64,000 nt of DNA from an uncultured Verrucomicrobiae bacterium (GCA_963764165.1 CAVXRD010000003.1:480001-544000); one strand, 5' to 3'; numbered from the stretch's first letter, positions 38,038 through 47,186 are shown. The notes: generated from the sequence alone by a model not told the origin. Program-made: numbers and translations.

Positions 38038-38517
38038 TCACAAGATAAAGTGCTGAAGCAGCAGGCTGACACCGGAAAAGACACCGGCTGCAAAACAAGC
38101 TGCCATGAGGCCGAAGTATAACCGAACCGGGGTTTTCTCGGCGATGGACATCGTTATGAGCACCTCTTTAAGGGCATCGCGCCCGAGCCTTGCATTGACG
38201 GCCACTGCGTATGAGAGCGGCAGCATGGCCGTCAGACCGAGGCCAACGCCCATTCCTCTCCAATCGTAGCGGTCGAGCCAACCAGTTTTATAACAAAGCA
38301 GTCCCACGCCTATTCCGCCCACTGACAAGGCATGAGCGGTGCGGATCTTTCCATTATGTTCTCTCAAAAGCTGGTCACGCCCCTTGATTCCAACCCTCTC
38401 TGGGACCCACCGCAACATTTTCGTTTTTAGCCACGCGCCAGCAATCCATCCAAAAGTCCCGCAGATCATTGCCACTGCCGGGCCCTGTCCAATCGAACGG
38501 ATTTCGTCGGGGCTCAT
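38038..38517 (-). CDS. Hypothetical membrane protein
   Basis: 159-aa ORF with about four hydrophobic segments, filling the gap upstream of addB. Confidence 0.6.
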   Translation of the reverse strand: MSPDEIRSIGQGPAVAMICGTFGWIAGAWLKTKMLRWVPERVGIKGRDQLLREHNGKIRTAHALSVGGIGVGLLCYKTGWLDRYDWRGMGVGLGLTAMLPLSYAVAVNARLGRDALKEVLITMSIAEKTPVRLYFGLMAACFAAGVFSGVSLLLQHFIL

Positions 38518-38766
38518 TTGTTTTCAAGTCTGAGGATAGCTCTAATCCGGACAAGATCAATCCACACGATGGGCGCTAAAAAGGGGGCACGCCTGTATCT
38601 CTCTTCGATATTTTTTAAACTGTCGATCTTGTTCATCATGTCTAAAGGCGGAACGCCGCCTCCCAGGCTTTTTAAACGAAAGTCCTGCGCTATGGTCTAA
38701 CCCCGAATGCCTGAAAACGGATGCTGAAACGGCTATGAAAAGAAGCAGAATCGATGGACAAAATCT

Positions 38767-39597
38767 ATGAATGCTGGGGAGAATGCTGAACGGATGCCCG
38801 CGCAAAGGAATGGAGCTGGAGGCTTTTCTTTGATTGAGCTGCTGACGGTGATTGTCATCATCGGCATTTTGACCGCGTTAATTATCCCGGCTATGTCCAA
38901 GGCAAAAGCTCAAGGTCAAAGCACGGTTTGCAAAAACAACCTGAGTCAAACCGGGCGGGCAATGCAGATGTACCTTTCTGACAACGGCAGATATCCATCG
39001 GCCATATTCGGCGGCGGCCCTCATCAATTCAAAAGTTGGGCGGATCAACTGGCTCCTTACAATCCGGTCCAATGGACCAACCTTTCCTGGAACTGTCCAA
39101 CGTATGTCGCCAACAACGGCGTCGTGAAGTTTGCTCCACCTTTCAAGCCCGGCGGCCAGGTGGCGGAGTGGAGCAGTTACTCCTACAACGCATTTGGCAT
39201 TGCGGGACCGGTGCCCGGCGCAGGAGGGGGATGGCCGACATCGCAACTCGGTTTGGGATTGATCCCGCTTGGCACGCCCCGCGAGCAGCAAGTTTTGGCC
39301 CCTGGGGAAATGTATGTTGTCGCCGATGCAAGGCCCATCCGGTGGCCGGCGGCCGGCGGGTCCGCATATATCGGCCAACTCTGGATGTGTCCATACCGCT
39401 TTGGGGCCGCCTCACGATTGGAACAGGCGCCGCCGCATTCGCAAGGTTACAACATCCTGTTCAGCGATGCTCATGTGGCCTTGGTGAAACGGCAGGACTA
39501 TCTGCACCCTCCTCGAACAGCACGCAATTGGAACCGCGATAACCAACCTCATCCAGAACTTTGGGCCTCCACCAATGATTGGGCCATCCAAAATTAG
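38767..39597 (+). CDS. Prepilin-type N-terminal cleavage/methylation protein (H-X9-DG variant H-X9-DA)
   Basis: GFSLIELLTVIVIIGILTALIIPAM, CKNNL, NCPT, PHSQGYNILFSDAHV. Start may be 38794. Confidence 0.88.
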   Translation: MNAGENAERMPAQRNGAGGFSLIELLTVIVIIGILTALIIPAMSKAKAQGQSTVCKNNLSQTGRAMQMYLSDNGRYPSAIFGGGPHQFKSWADQLAPYNPVQWTNLSWNCPTYVANNGVVKFAPPFKPGGQVAEWSSYSYNAFGIAGPVPGAGGGWPTSQLGLGLIPLGTPREQQVLAPGEMYVVADARPIRWPAAGGSAYIGQLWMCPYRFGAASRLEQAPPHSQGYNILFSDAHVALVKRQDYLHPPRTARNWNRDNQPHPELWASTNDWAIQN

Positions 39598-39635
39598 TCA
39601 AGCATATGAAGACCGAAGGAAGCGTTCTTCCGCGC

Positions 39636-40739
39636 TCATGGCACCTCCGGCAAAACGGCCTTTTCGTAGCTATCGACATTTTGCTGAAATATGCGTTTTT
39701 CGTCGCCGCTGGCCAGCCCTGCCGCCGTTCGCTCGATCGAGATGGCTTCCGCATGCCTGCCTTTCATAAATTTCACCCGCGCCAGCGTGTTGAGGAACTG
39801 GCTCTTCTGCTCCGGTTCCTTGGCACCATCAACAGCGCGCTGAGCAAGCGTCTGCGCCAAGTCGAGGTCGGGATGTTTAATTGATTTTCTTGAAACGATC
39901 ATCCACGCCAGATCGTTCTGAATGCTCGAATCGTTAGCATGGGCTTCTGCGTACTGCCGGAGAATTTTGAAAGCGGCTGCCTCCTCGTTTTTAGGGATAA
40001 GAATATTGAAGAGGATCACGGGAGCCGGTTCAGAAAAGTCATCCGGCGCTGCTTTGGCCATTTCAACCACTTCGGCGAGCGCTTTGCTCCAATCTCGGTC
40101 TCTCACCGCTGAGTCGAATTTCGGAATAATAGCCGCCATCAGCGTGTTTTGTTTTTCGTCATCGGCTTTCTGCCTGGCGTCCTCCGCCCTCGCCGCATCC
40201 AGGCCGAATTTTCCTGACAGAACGTCGTCCAGGATTTGCTCTCTTAATCTCATGGGCGGCCCGATCCAGGCGATACGGCCCCTCTTGTCAATTAGAAAAG
40301 CCATCGGAATTCCATGTTGGTTGGCGGCGGCATTCAGCCAAGTTTCCACCATTTTTCCCGTTTTGCTGCCGCTGGTGTCATCCAGCGCCACAGGATAGGT
40401 CATTTTGTTGCCCCTGGATTTTACGAAGCGAACCACTTTTTGATCGTCCTGCTCTGAGCAATCTTGTCCAATGACGACCAGACTCCGGTCTTTGAATTTT
40501 GCGTACGTCTCATTAATGTGCGGAATCGCCGCAACGCACGGAGCGCACCAAGTGGCCCAAAACTCAATCAAGTACGCTTTGCCGAATTCGAAATTCGTAA
40601 CTGGTTCTCCCTGAATGAACCGACCGGTCTGCAATTTGGGAGCCGGATCGCCAACTTTGAGGGAATCGGATGCCGAGAGACGGATGCAAAAGAATATCGA
40701 AAGAACGACCGCTAAACCTGCGCGTAGGAATATTCTCAT
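39636..40739 (-). CDS. TlpA/ResA-family thioredoxin-like protein with C-terminal TPR-like helices
   Basis: Signal peptide; LKVGDPAP, EFWATWCAPC, GIPMAFLIDK; NDLAW...LNTLAR. Confidence 0.88.
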   Translation of the reverse strand: MRIFLRAGLAVVLSIFFCIRLSASDSLKVGDPAPKLQTGRFIQGEPVTNFEFGKAYLIEFWATWCAPCVAAIPHINETYAKFKDRSLVVIGQDCSEQDDQKVVRFVKSRGNKMTYPVALDDTSGSKTGKMVETWLNAAANQHGIPMAFLIDKRGRIAWIGPPMRLREQILDDVLSGKFGLDAARAEDARQKADDEKQNTLMAAIIPKFDSAVRDRDWSKALAEVVEMAKAAPDDFSEPAPVILFNILIPKNEEAAAFKILRQYAEAHANDSSIQNDLAWMIVSRKSIKHPDLDLAQTLAQRAVDGAKEPEQKSQFLNTLARVKFMKGRHAEAISIERTAAGLASGDEKRIFQQNVDSYEKAVLPEVP

Positions 40740-40866
40740 AAATTCCCGATTAATCTATGACGGAACGGAAGCCCTAATCAAGGAATGGTGGCGACACAAA
40801 ATTCTTCGTCTCGTTGGTGTCGAAAATCCCAGGCATCCTCTGCGAAAAAAGCCGCACGCCGCAAAA

Positions 40867-40944
40867 TGTTACTTTTTGTTACCGGAGTGTTACCTTTTTG
40901 TTACCTTGTAAGTGCCTTGCCATCAACAATGTAACCAATGTTAC
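40867..40944. promoter_or_regulatory. Helically phased TGTTAC repeat array
   Basis: TGTTAC at 40867, 40877, 40888, 40899 and 40939; TGTAAC at 40930; intergenic between divergent genes. Confidence 0.6.
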
Positions 40945-41135
40945 CCATTTTTGGAGATTATGTATGATTTGTGATCGGTGAACGATGCGACGTCGAACAT
41001 GCGCATTGCCGCGCCTGGCGGCAATTCGAAACGTGAGAAGCGCGCCTGCGGGCAGCCCCCTTTAACCATGCCTCGCTCCGACTCGCCCACCCTTTCCTCT
41101 TTCCTTCCCCACCCGTCTTGCATATTTACTGAGCC

Positions 41136-41627
41136 ATGCGAACGGCGATTTATCCGGGCAGCTTCGACCCACTCACCAATGGCCACTTGGACGTTGTGCA
41201 TCGCGCGGCGAAATTATTCGACCGCGTGGTGGTGGCCGTCGCCAAAAACGAATCGAAAAAGCCGCTCTTCTCGCTTAAGGAACGCCTGAAGCTCGTTCAA
41301 GTGGCCATTGGCGGCATGGCGAATGTCGAGGCGGATTCGTTTGAAGGGTTGCTGGTCGATTACGCTGAACGTCAGCAGGGCCATACAATCATCCGCGGCT
41401 TGCGCGCTGTGTCGGACTTTGAATTTGAATTTCAGCTCGCCTTGATGAATCGTAAGTTGAACGGGCGCGTTGAAACGATTTTTATGATGCCGAAAGAGAC
41501 TTACACATTCCTCAGTTCCCGGCTCGTTAAGGAAATCGCCTGCCTTGGCGGCAATGTGGAGCCTTTCGTTCCCGAGCACGTCAGGACTGCGTTGTCTGAG
41601 AAATTCGGTCTGGCGCCCAAAGCTTAA
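41136..41627 (+). CDS. coaD: Phosphopantetheine adenylyltransferase
   Basis: AIYPGSFDPLTNGHLD, IRGLRAVSDFEFE, SSRLVKE. Confidence 0.97.
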   Translation: MRTAIYPGSFDPLTNGHLDVVHRAAKLFDRVVVAVAKNESKKPLFSLKERLKLVQVAIGGMANVEADSFEGLLVDYAERQQGHTIIRGLRAVSDFEFEFQLALMNRKLNGRVETIFMMPKETYTFLSSRLVKEIACLGGNVEPFVPEHVRTALSEKFGLAPKA

Positions 41628-41650
41628 AGCCGCTTAACCCATTCTCCACC

Positions 41651-42130
41651 ATGCCTTTGCAAGTCAATGTCCGCCATTTGGAGACCAAGGATGTCCACCT
41701 CGAAGGTGAACTGCCTGTGGCCGAACTTGAATTGCCCGATCATGACGAGCTCGTCCATCCGCGACAACCTGTACAATACGACTTGACGGCTGAAATGATG
41801 GATAGCGCCATATTGGTGCAAGGCCGGGTCGAAGTGACCGTCGATTGCGAATGCGCCCGCTGCCTGAAGCCCTTCGAGCACGAGATCGTTTTGGAGCCGT
41901 GGGCGGCCCATGTGCCGTTGGAGGGCGAGGACAAGGCGCCGATCAAGGATGATTGCGTGGACTTGACGCCTTTCATTCGGGAAGATATTCTGCTGGAGTT
42001 GCCGCAACATCCGTTGTGCGAAGCCGGTTGCGAAGGGTTGCCTTTTCGGGCCAAACAGAATACAACAAAGGCTGCCGGTCAGAAGGAAGGTTCTTCTGCC
42101 TGGTCCGAATTGAACAAATTAAAATTTTAA
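41651..42130 (+). CDS. yceD: YceD/DUF177 family protein
   Basis: CARCL, DLTPFIREDILLELP, LC...CEGL; canonical position upstream of rpmF. Confidence 0.9.
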   Translation: MPLQVNVRHLETKDVHLEGELPVAELELPDHDELVHPRQPVQYDLTAEMMDSAILVQGRVEVTVDCECARCLKPFEHEIVLEPWAAHVPLEGEDKAPIKDDCVDLTPFIREDILLELPQHPLCEAGCEGLPFRAKQNTTKAAGQKEGSSAWSELNKLKF

Positions 42131-42147
42131 CTTAGGAAATATATAAT

Positions 42148-42336
42148 ATGGGAGTTCCCAAACGAAAGCCGTCACACAGCCGCCAGCGGATGCGCCGCGC
42201 CTACAACAGCACCATGAAGGTGCCGCAATTGAGCACCTGCCCGCAATGCGCCGCCCCCTTCGTATCACACCGCGTTTGCCCTGCCTGCGGTTATTACAAG
42301 AATCGCCAGGTCATTACCGTTAAAGCAGCCGCTTAA
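42148..42336 (+). CDS. rpmF: 50S ribosomal protein L32 (zinc-ribbon form)
   Basis: MGVPKRKPSHSR...RRA, CPQC...HRVCPACGYY. Confidence 0.97.
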   Translation: MGVPKRKPSHSRQRMRRAYNSTMKVPQLSTCPQCAAPFVSHRVCPACGYYKNRQVITVKAAA

Positions 42337-42347
42337 TCGTTGCCAGA

Positions 42348-42380
42348 AGCGCAGACTCGGTTCGTCTGACGCTCATTTTT
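42348..42380 (+). terminator. Putative partial terminator between rpmF and plsX
   Basis: AGCGCAGAC...GTCTGACGCT hairpin with one bulge, followed by CATTTTT. Confidence 0.35.
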
Positions 42381-42384
42381 CACT

Positions 42385-43407
42385 ATGCGCATTGTAGTGG
42401 ATGTGATGGGCAGCGATCACGGCGCGGAGACGATTATTGAGGGAACAAGAGTGGCGCTGCAATCCAGCACGACCATCTCGCAATTAATTCTCGTCGGCCG
42501 CCAGGAAGAGATAGAAGCCGCCATTCAAAAGACAGGCTTCCGGGATACGCGTGTCAAAATCGTAAACGCGACCGAGGTCCTCACCATGGAAGACAAACCC
42601 GTGGAAGGATTGCGCCGCAAGAAAGATTGCTCGATTCTGCGCGCGGTCGATCTCATCAAGGAAAACCTTGGCGACGCCCTGATTTCCCCCGGCAACACCG
42701 GAGGCATTGTCGCGGCCTCGACCATTCGCCTTCGCCAATTGCCTGGCGTGGATCGCCCGTGCATTGCCACGATCATTCCCGCGCCGAAAAATGAATTTGT
42801 CCTGCTTGATTCCGGCGCGAGCGTCGAATGCAAGCCGATGCATCTGCTCCAGTTCGCCATCATGGGCAGCATTTACTCGCGGGAAATTCTTGGTTACAAA
42901 AACCCCCGCGTCGGCATCCTCAGCAACGGCACTGAAGCTAACAAAGGCACGGAAATGACGCAGGAAGCCTCGCGGCTTTGCAAGATGGCGGATATCAATT
43001 ATATCGGATACGTTGAAGGCCACGACCTTTTCAACGACCATGTGGATGTCGTTGTCTGCGATGGGTTTATCGGCAATATCGTTCTCAAGACCCTGGAAAG
43101 TTTCGCCAAGGGAATGGCGGGCTGGGTCAAGGCCGAGGTTTCCAAGAACGCCAAACGCATGCTCGGCGGATTGCTGGCGGCCAACGCCTTCCGGACCATC
43201 AAACGGCGGATCGACCCCGATACCCGTGGCGGCGCACCCCTGCTCGGCCTCAACGGAACCATTTTCAAGGCGCACGGCTCGGCCTCTGCCCCGGCCATCA
43301 CCAGCGCCATCGGCGAATGCACCAAGGCGCTGCAGCATCGCTTGAACGAAATGATTGTCTCCGAGGTCGCCAAAGCAAACGCCCTCGTGTCCGCCGCCAA
43401 AACATGA
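42385..43407 (+). CDS. plsX: Phosphate acyltransferase PlsX
   Basis: IVVDVMGSD, SPGNTG, DRP, VEG, VVCDGFIGNIVLK, GGAPLLGLNG, KAHGS. Confidence 0.96.
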   Translation: MRIVVDVMGSDHGAETIIEGTRVALQSSTTISQLILVGRQEEIEAAIQKTGFRDTRVKIVNATEVLTMEDKPVEGLRRKKDCSILRAVDLIKENLGDALISPGNTGGIVAASTIRLRQLPGVDRPCIATIIPAPKNEFVLLDSGASVECKPMHLLQFAIMGSIYSREILGYKNPRVGILSNGTEANKGTEMTQEASRLCKMADINYIGYVEGHDLFNDHVDVVVCDGFIGNIVLKTLESFAKGMAGWVKAEVSKNAKRMLGGLLAANAFRTIKRRIDPDTRGGAPLLGLNGTIFKAHGSASAPAITSAIGECTKALQHRLNEMIVSEVAKANALVSAAKT

Positions 43408-44438
43408 AACTCCCAGCGAGAAAATTCAGAAATCCCCGGGCCCATCACAACTTCGAAGGCCGCACCTGCTCCATCATTTCGGTCGGCTCCTACGTTCCCG
43501 ACCGCATCCTGTCCAATGCCGACCTTGAGGAAATGGTCGACACCACCGACGAGTGGATTCAAACCCGCACCGGCATCAAGGAACGCCGCATCGCCGCCAC
43601 CCACCAAGCCACCTCCGACCTGGCCGCCAACGCCGCGCTCATCGCCTTGGAACGGGGCAAGATCAAGCCCGAAGAAATCGACTTGATCATCATGGCCACG
43701 ATTACGCCGGATATGCCGTTCCCGTCGACAGCATGTTTGGTGCAGGAGAAAATCGGCGCGACCAAAGCTGCGGCTTTCGATATCCAAGCCGCTTGTTCCG
43801 GGTTTATTTTCGCGCTGGAGATTGGGCAGCAATTCATCATGTCGCGCACTTATGACACGATTCTTGTCATCGGCGCCGAGAAGCTTTCATCCATCATTAA
43901 TTGGAACGACCGCAACACCTGTGTTCTATTCGGCGACGGCGCGGGCGCGGCCATTTTGCGCAACCGCCCGGATGCGCACGGATTGTTGACAGCGTGCATG
44001 GGTTCGGACGGCGGACGCGCCGGCCTGCTTTGCATGCCCGGCGGCGGCTCCAGTTTTCCTTCCACTCACGATACGGTCGCCTCGGGCTTGCACTTCCTAC
44101 GGATGGACGGAAAGGAGACTTACAAAAACGCCGTCACCGCCATGCAAGCCGCCGCCACCGAAGCCCTGCGCCGCTGCGAGTTGGACATCACCGACATCGA
44201 TTGCATCATCCCGCACCAGGCGAACCTTCGCATCATCGACGCCGTCGCCGAACGCCTGGGCGCGAAGCCATCGCAACTCTTTGTAAACCTCGACAAGCAC
44301 GGAAACACCTCCGCCGCCTCCGTCGCGATTGCGCTGGACGAAGCCGTCCAGACGAAGCGAATCCAGAGCGGCGATTTGGTGCTGATGATCGTCTTCGGAG
44401 CCGGCTTGACGTGGGGCGCCGCGATCATTGAGTGGTAA
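43404..44438 (+). CDS. fabH: 3-oxoacyl-ACP synthase III
   Basis: EWIQTRTGIKERR, AACSGF, LFGDGAGA, PHQANLRI, GNTSAAS, FGAGLTWG. Confidence 0.96.
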   Translation: MKLPARKFRNPRAHHNFEGRTCSIISVGSYVPDRILSNADLEEMVDTTDEWIQTRTGIKERRIAATHQATSDLAANAALIALERGKIKPEEIDLIIMATITPDMPFPSTACLVQEKIGATKAAAFDIQAACSGFIFALEIGQQFIMSRTYDTILVIGAEKLSSIINWNDRNTCVLFGDGAGAAILRNRPDAHGLLTACMGSDGGRAGLLCMPGGGSSFPSTHDTVASGLHFLRMDGKETYKNAVTAMQAAATEALRRCELDITDIDCIIPHQANLRIIDAVAERLGAKPSQLFVNLDKHGNTSAASVAIALDEAVQTKRIQSGDLVLMIVFGAGLTWGAAIIEW

Positions 44439-44467
44439 GTTTCTGAGAATTTTTGACACAAAGGAGA

Positions 44468-44496
44468 TTGACGGGTTTGTGTGGGTGTCGTAGTTT
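44468..44496 (+). promoter_or_regulatory. Sigma-70 promoter for tRNA-Asp
   Basis: TTGACG-17 bp-TAGTTT, 14 bp upstream of the tRNA. Confidence 0.65.
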
Positions 44497-44510
44497 TGGC
44501 GTTCCGAGCG

Positions 44511-44587
44511 GGGGGTGTAGCTCAATTGGTTAGAGCGCTGCCCTGTCACGGCAGAGGTTACGGGTTCGAGCCCCGCCACTCCCGCCA
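44511..44587 (+). tRNA. tRNA-Asp(GTC)
   Basis: 77-nt cloverleaf: GGGGGTG/CACTCCC acceptor stem, GCTC/GAGC D stem, CTGCC-CTGTCAC-GGCAG anticodon arm, TTCGAGC T loop, encoded CCA. Confidence 0.96.
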
Positions 44588-44698
44588 TCCTTCGCCCGCA
44601 GCGTAGCGGAGAGCGAAGGATGCCGCGCCGAAGCCGTCAGGCGTACGCGGGCCGGATTCGTAGCGGTGCTCATCGCCGTCAAAATCTTTTTCGTTTGC

Positions 44699-45040
44699 GT
44701 GAACATCCTATACCTTGAGAACCACGCCGTCTTTGCGGCACAAGTGACGCATTGCTTTCTCTCGTCACACCGCGTCACCATTGTTCCCAGCCTTGCTTCC
44801 GCTCGGGCAGCATTCGCTGTCGGCAGCTTTGATGTTGTTCTTTCAGACTACGATCTTGACGACGGCAAAGGCGACGATTTTGTCACTGAGTGCCGTGCCT
44901 CACACCCCAAACTGCCGATTATCGCCGTCTCGTCGCACGAAGCAGGCAACGCGGCGTTGGCAAAGGCAGGCGCATCCGCAATATGCGGCAAAATGGAATT
45001 TTATCGCATTGAGGATGTCCTTCGTCCATTCGCGATCTAA
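44699..45040 (+). CDS. Single-domain response regulator receiver (CheY-like)
   Basis: NILYLEN, FDVVLSDYDLDDGKG, LPIIAVSS, GASAICGK. Confidence 0.78.
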   Translation: MNILYLENHAVFAAQVTHCFLSSHRVTIVPSLASARAAFAVGSFDVVLSDYDLDDGKGDDFVTECRASHPKLPIIAVSSHEAGNAALAKAGASAICGKMEFYRIEDVLRPFAI

Positions 45041-45086
45041 CTCAGTCGTGTAATCAATATTCAAGTTGCCACCTTTTGTCCCGCGC

Positions 45087-45115
45087 TTGCTCAATTCTGT
45101 CGGTTTCAGTATATT
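45087..45115 (+). promoter_or_regulatory. Putative leaderless sigma-70 promoter
   Basis: TTGCTC-17 bp-TATATT with ATG 6 bp downstream (45122). Confidence 0.5.
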
Positions 45116-45121
45116 CGAGGT

Positions 45122-45325
45122 ATGACACAAGCGGTCATGCAAATTCTTGGCAAAGTCGAGGTGCTCTCGGAAACCGATCGGCAGGAGCTTCGCCGGGCCA
45201 TCGTCGAACGTGTTCCGATGTCGGACGATTTGACGGATGACGATATCGCGGCTCTGGCATCCGCTTCTTTCCGCGCATTGGACGAAGAGGAGAACACTCC
45301 GCGTGCCTGGCTGTTGACACATTGA
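45122..45325 (+). CDS. Small acidic protein, putative orphan addiction-module antitoxin
   Basis: 67 aa, LSETDRQEL...DDDIAAL...LDEEE; own promoter; next to a TA pair. Confidence 0.45.
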   Translation: MTQAVMQILGKVEVLSETDRQELRRAIVERVPMSDDLTDDDIAALASASFRALDEEENTPRAWLLTH

Positions 45326-45335
45326 ATCCACGACT

Positions 45336-45536
45336 ATGAAAGCAACCGTGCCTGAACCTGAAATCGTGACGCGCAAGGGCAAGCCTGTCTCGGTGATCAT
45401 CCCCATCAAGGATTACGAAGAACTCTTGGAACGAGTAGAGGATGCCGAGGACGTGGCATGGCTCAAACGCGCCCGCCGCAAGCCGTTGCATTACCGTCCG
45501 CTGGAAGACTACCTTGCCGAACGCAGCGGAAAGTGA
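45336..45536 (+). CDS. Phd/YefM-like type II antitoxin
   Basis: IVTRKGKPVSVIIPIKDYEELLERVEDAED; directly upstream of a RelE toxin. Confidence 0.8.
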   Translation: MKATVPEPEIVTRKGKPVSVIIPIKDYEELLERVEDAEDVAWLKRARRKPLHYRPLEDYLAERSGK

Positions 45537-45538
45537 CC

Positions 45539-45792
45539 ATGTATCGCGTCCTACTTGAACGCGCAGCGGAAAAAGACCTTTCACGGCTCACCTCGGAAAT
45601 CACGACCGCGTGATCGCGGTAATTCGAGCCTTGGCGACAAACCCACGACCATCTGGCTGCCGCAAACTCGCCGGAAGCAAGACTGACTGGCGCATCCGCG
45701 TAGGTGATTATCGCGTCGTTTACGAGATTGCCGACCAAATTAAGGTCGTGCGTATCAGCCGCGTCCGTCATCGTCGCGAGGTATATCGCTGA
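45539..45792 (+). pseudogene. relE: RelE/ParE-family toxin with a 1-bp deletion
   Basis: MYRVLLERAAEKDL...EI, frameshift at ~45601, then HDRVIAVIRALATNPRPSGCRKL...WRIRVGDYRVVYEI...RHRREVYR; 84 aa when repaired. Confidence 0.85.
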
Positions 45793-45975
45793 TCGCATGG
45801 TCACTCTCCCCTGTGATTCGCAGCGGCATCGACTATCGCAAGAATGGCGGCCTTGAGCAGAGGCGAAAGTTTATCCCATGAGTCGATTACGCGACTGAGA
45901 TCGTGGCCCCGGGCCGGAATCTTGAGAAGCTATTGGTGAGGCTGCGCCCCCTAAACCGTTGATAATCAGACTTTC

Positions 45976-46072
45976 GTTGCGGGTTCGAGCCCCGCCACTC
46001 CCGCCAGCCTTCGCTCGCAGCGTAGCGGAGAGCGAAGGCTGCCGCGCCGAAGCCAAAGGCGAAGGCGGGCCG
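45976..46072 (+). repeat. Duplicated tRNA-Asp 3' end plus downstream hairpin (attR-like)
   Basis: GTTGCGGGTTCGAGCCCCGCCACTCCCGCCA followed by a near-copy of 44588-44654. Confidence 0.85.
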
Positions 46073-46254
46073 CGCTGTTATCGGACCAGCGAGCTACGGC
46101 TCGGCAAGCCAGCGAATCAGAATCAAATCGCCGCCAGCAAGAGTGGATTGCATGCCTCCTCCAAGACACCATACCGTTCGCCAGAGCTTGGGCTAAGGCG
46201 GTTCCCCGCAGTCTGCCCTATCGCGCCAGCTTGCGCCAAACCGCGACAAACCGC

Positions 46255-46995
46255 TCATTGAACGATGGTGGGGATGGGTTCTGGCGTATTTCCATCGGGC
46301 TTGTATTCATTTTCGTCTACCTCGAGCAAAAATGCCATGCGATGCGATGTCGGCGCGGACTGTCGCCCGTCGAGCATCAGGAGGGTTTGGCCATAGGGAA
46401 TTTGAGCGTGCACGCCTGCGACGAAATTGGTTTGCGCCTCCCACATGATAATGACGCTGGCCGAAAGCTTCACCGTTTGCTTGTGCACGTTTGGAATTAG
46501 CTCCACGCTATAAACGACAGAATTCGTCACCACGCCCGCGTTGTCAATATAACGATCGGTCCCCGATGAATATTGGTTTTTGCAGTCAGTTAAGAGCATG
46601 TCTGGAGATTCTATGATTGGATACTTCGGAAACCCGCTGAAGGATCTATTGGGCAGGATCCAAACAGCAAAACCGTCGCTCTTTGTAAGTGGAGGTCCGA
46701 TAGACTTCTCATCGATGAGTGATGCCGTCGCCTCAGACACCTCCATATATCGCATGTGAAAAACGACTTGCCTGGCCCGGCCCGCGAGACGAGTCGTCAG
46801 AGAACGACAGACAGAGCGCAACCAGACCCATCTTGCTGGAATCAAACGTTCGAGCGCCCAGCGTTGTGATCTATCCAGTGAAACCACTGATACAATGGTC
46901 GCCGACGGCACCGCCGTCTCTTTAGAAAAGAGCAATATCCCCCCCAGCGAAACCAAAACAATCGCAATCAGCCCCTTGTGCTTTCGTGTCAACAT
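46255..46995 (-). CDS. Hypothetical protein with N-terminal membrane anchor
   Basis: 246-aa ORF with basic N-terminus and hydrophobic helix; TTG start; no motif recognised. Confidence 0.55.
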   Translation of the reverse strand: MLTRKHKGLIAIVLVSLGGILLFSKETAVPSATIVSVVSLDRSQRWALERLIPARWVWLRSVCRSLTTRLAGRARQVVFHMRYMEVSEATASLIDEKSIGPPLTKSDGFAVWILPNRSFSGFPKYPIIESPDMLLTDCKNQYSSGTDRYIDNAGVVTNSVVYSVELIPNVHKQTVKLSASVIIMWEAQTNFVAGVHAQIPYGQTLLMLDGRQSAPTSHRMAFLLEVDENEYKPDGNTPEPIPTIVQ

Positions 46996-47186
46996 GATCC
47001 AGAAGTTCCCTCGCCTGTCAAAGGCTCGGCAATTGAGCTGTCGATGTCAAATACTGATTACGAACATGCGATGCGTCACCCAAGCCAGCAAATCCGAATT
47101 GGACTTTTCAGCCGAAATACGCAACGGCCCGTGATGTTCGGTCTTCACCTGATTGTTTTGCGCCATTCGATCGGAGATCCTCATTT

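Larger units (their letters stand above)
44588..45975. mobile_element. tRNA-Asp-anchored mini-island remnant without integrase
   Basis: Bounded by ~97-bp imperfect direct repeats (44557-44654 and 45976-46072) that contain the tRNA 3' end. Confidence 0.7.

Noticed and set aside
40867..40944. CRISPR array or oriC
   Set aside because: The repeats are only 6 bp with 4-5-bp gaps, there are no cas genes, no TTATCCACA boxes, and no dnaA nearby.
44097..44588. Minus-strand ORF starting MAGVAGLEPVTSAVTGQRSNQLSY
   Set aside because: It is the antisense translation of tRNA-Asp and fabH.
45033..45325. Integron attC sites (ATCTAAC at the receiver-gene stop; GTTGACA near 45313)
   Set aside because: No complementary L boxes or matching R' site at a plausible distance could be found, and there is no integron integrase.
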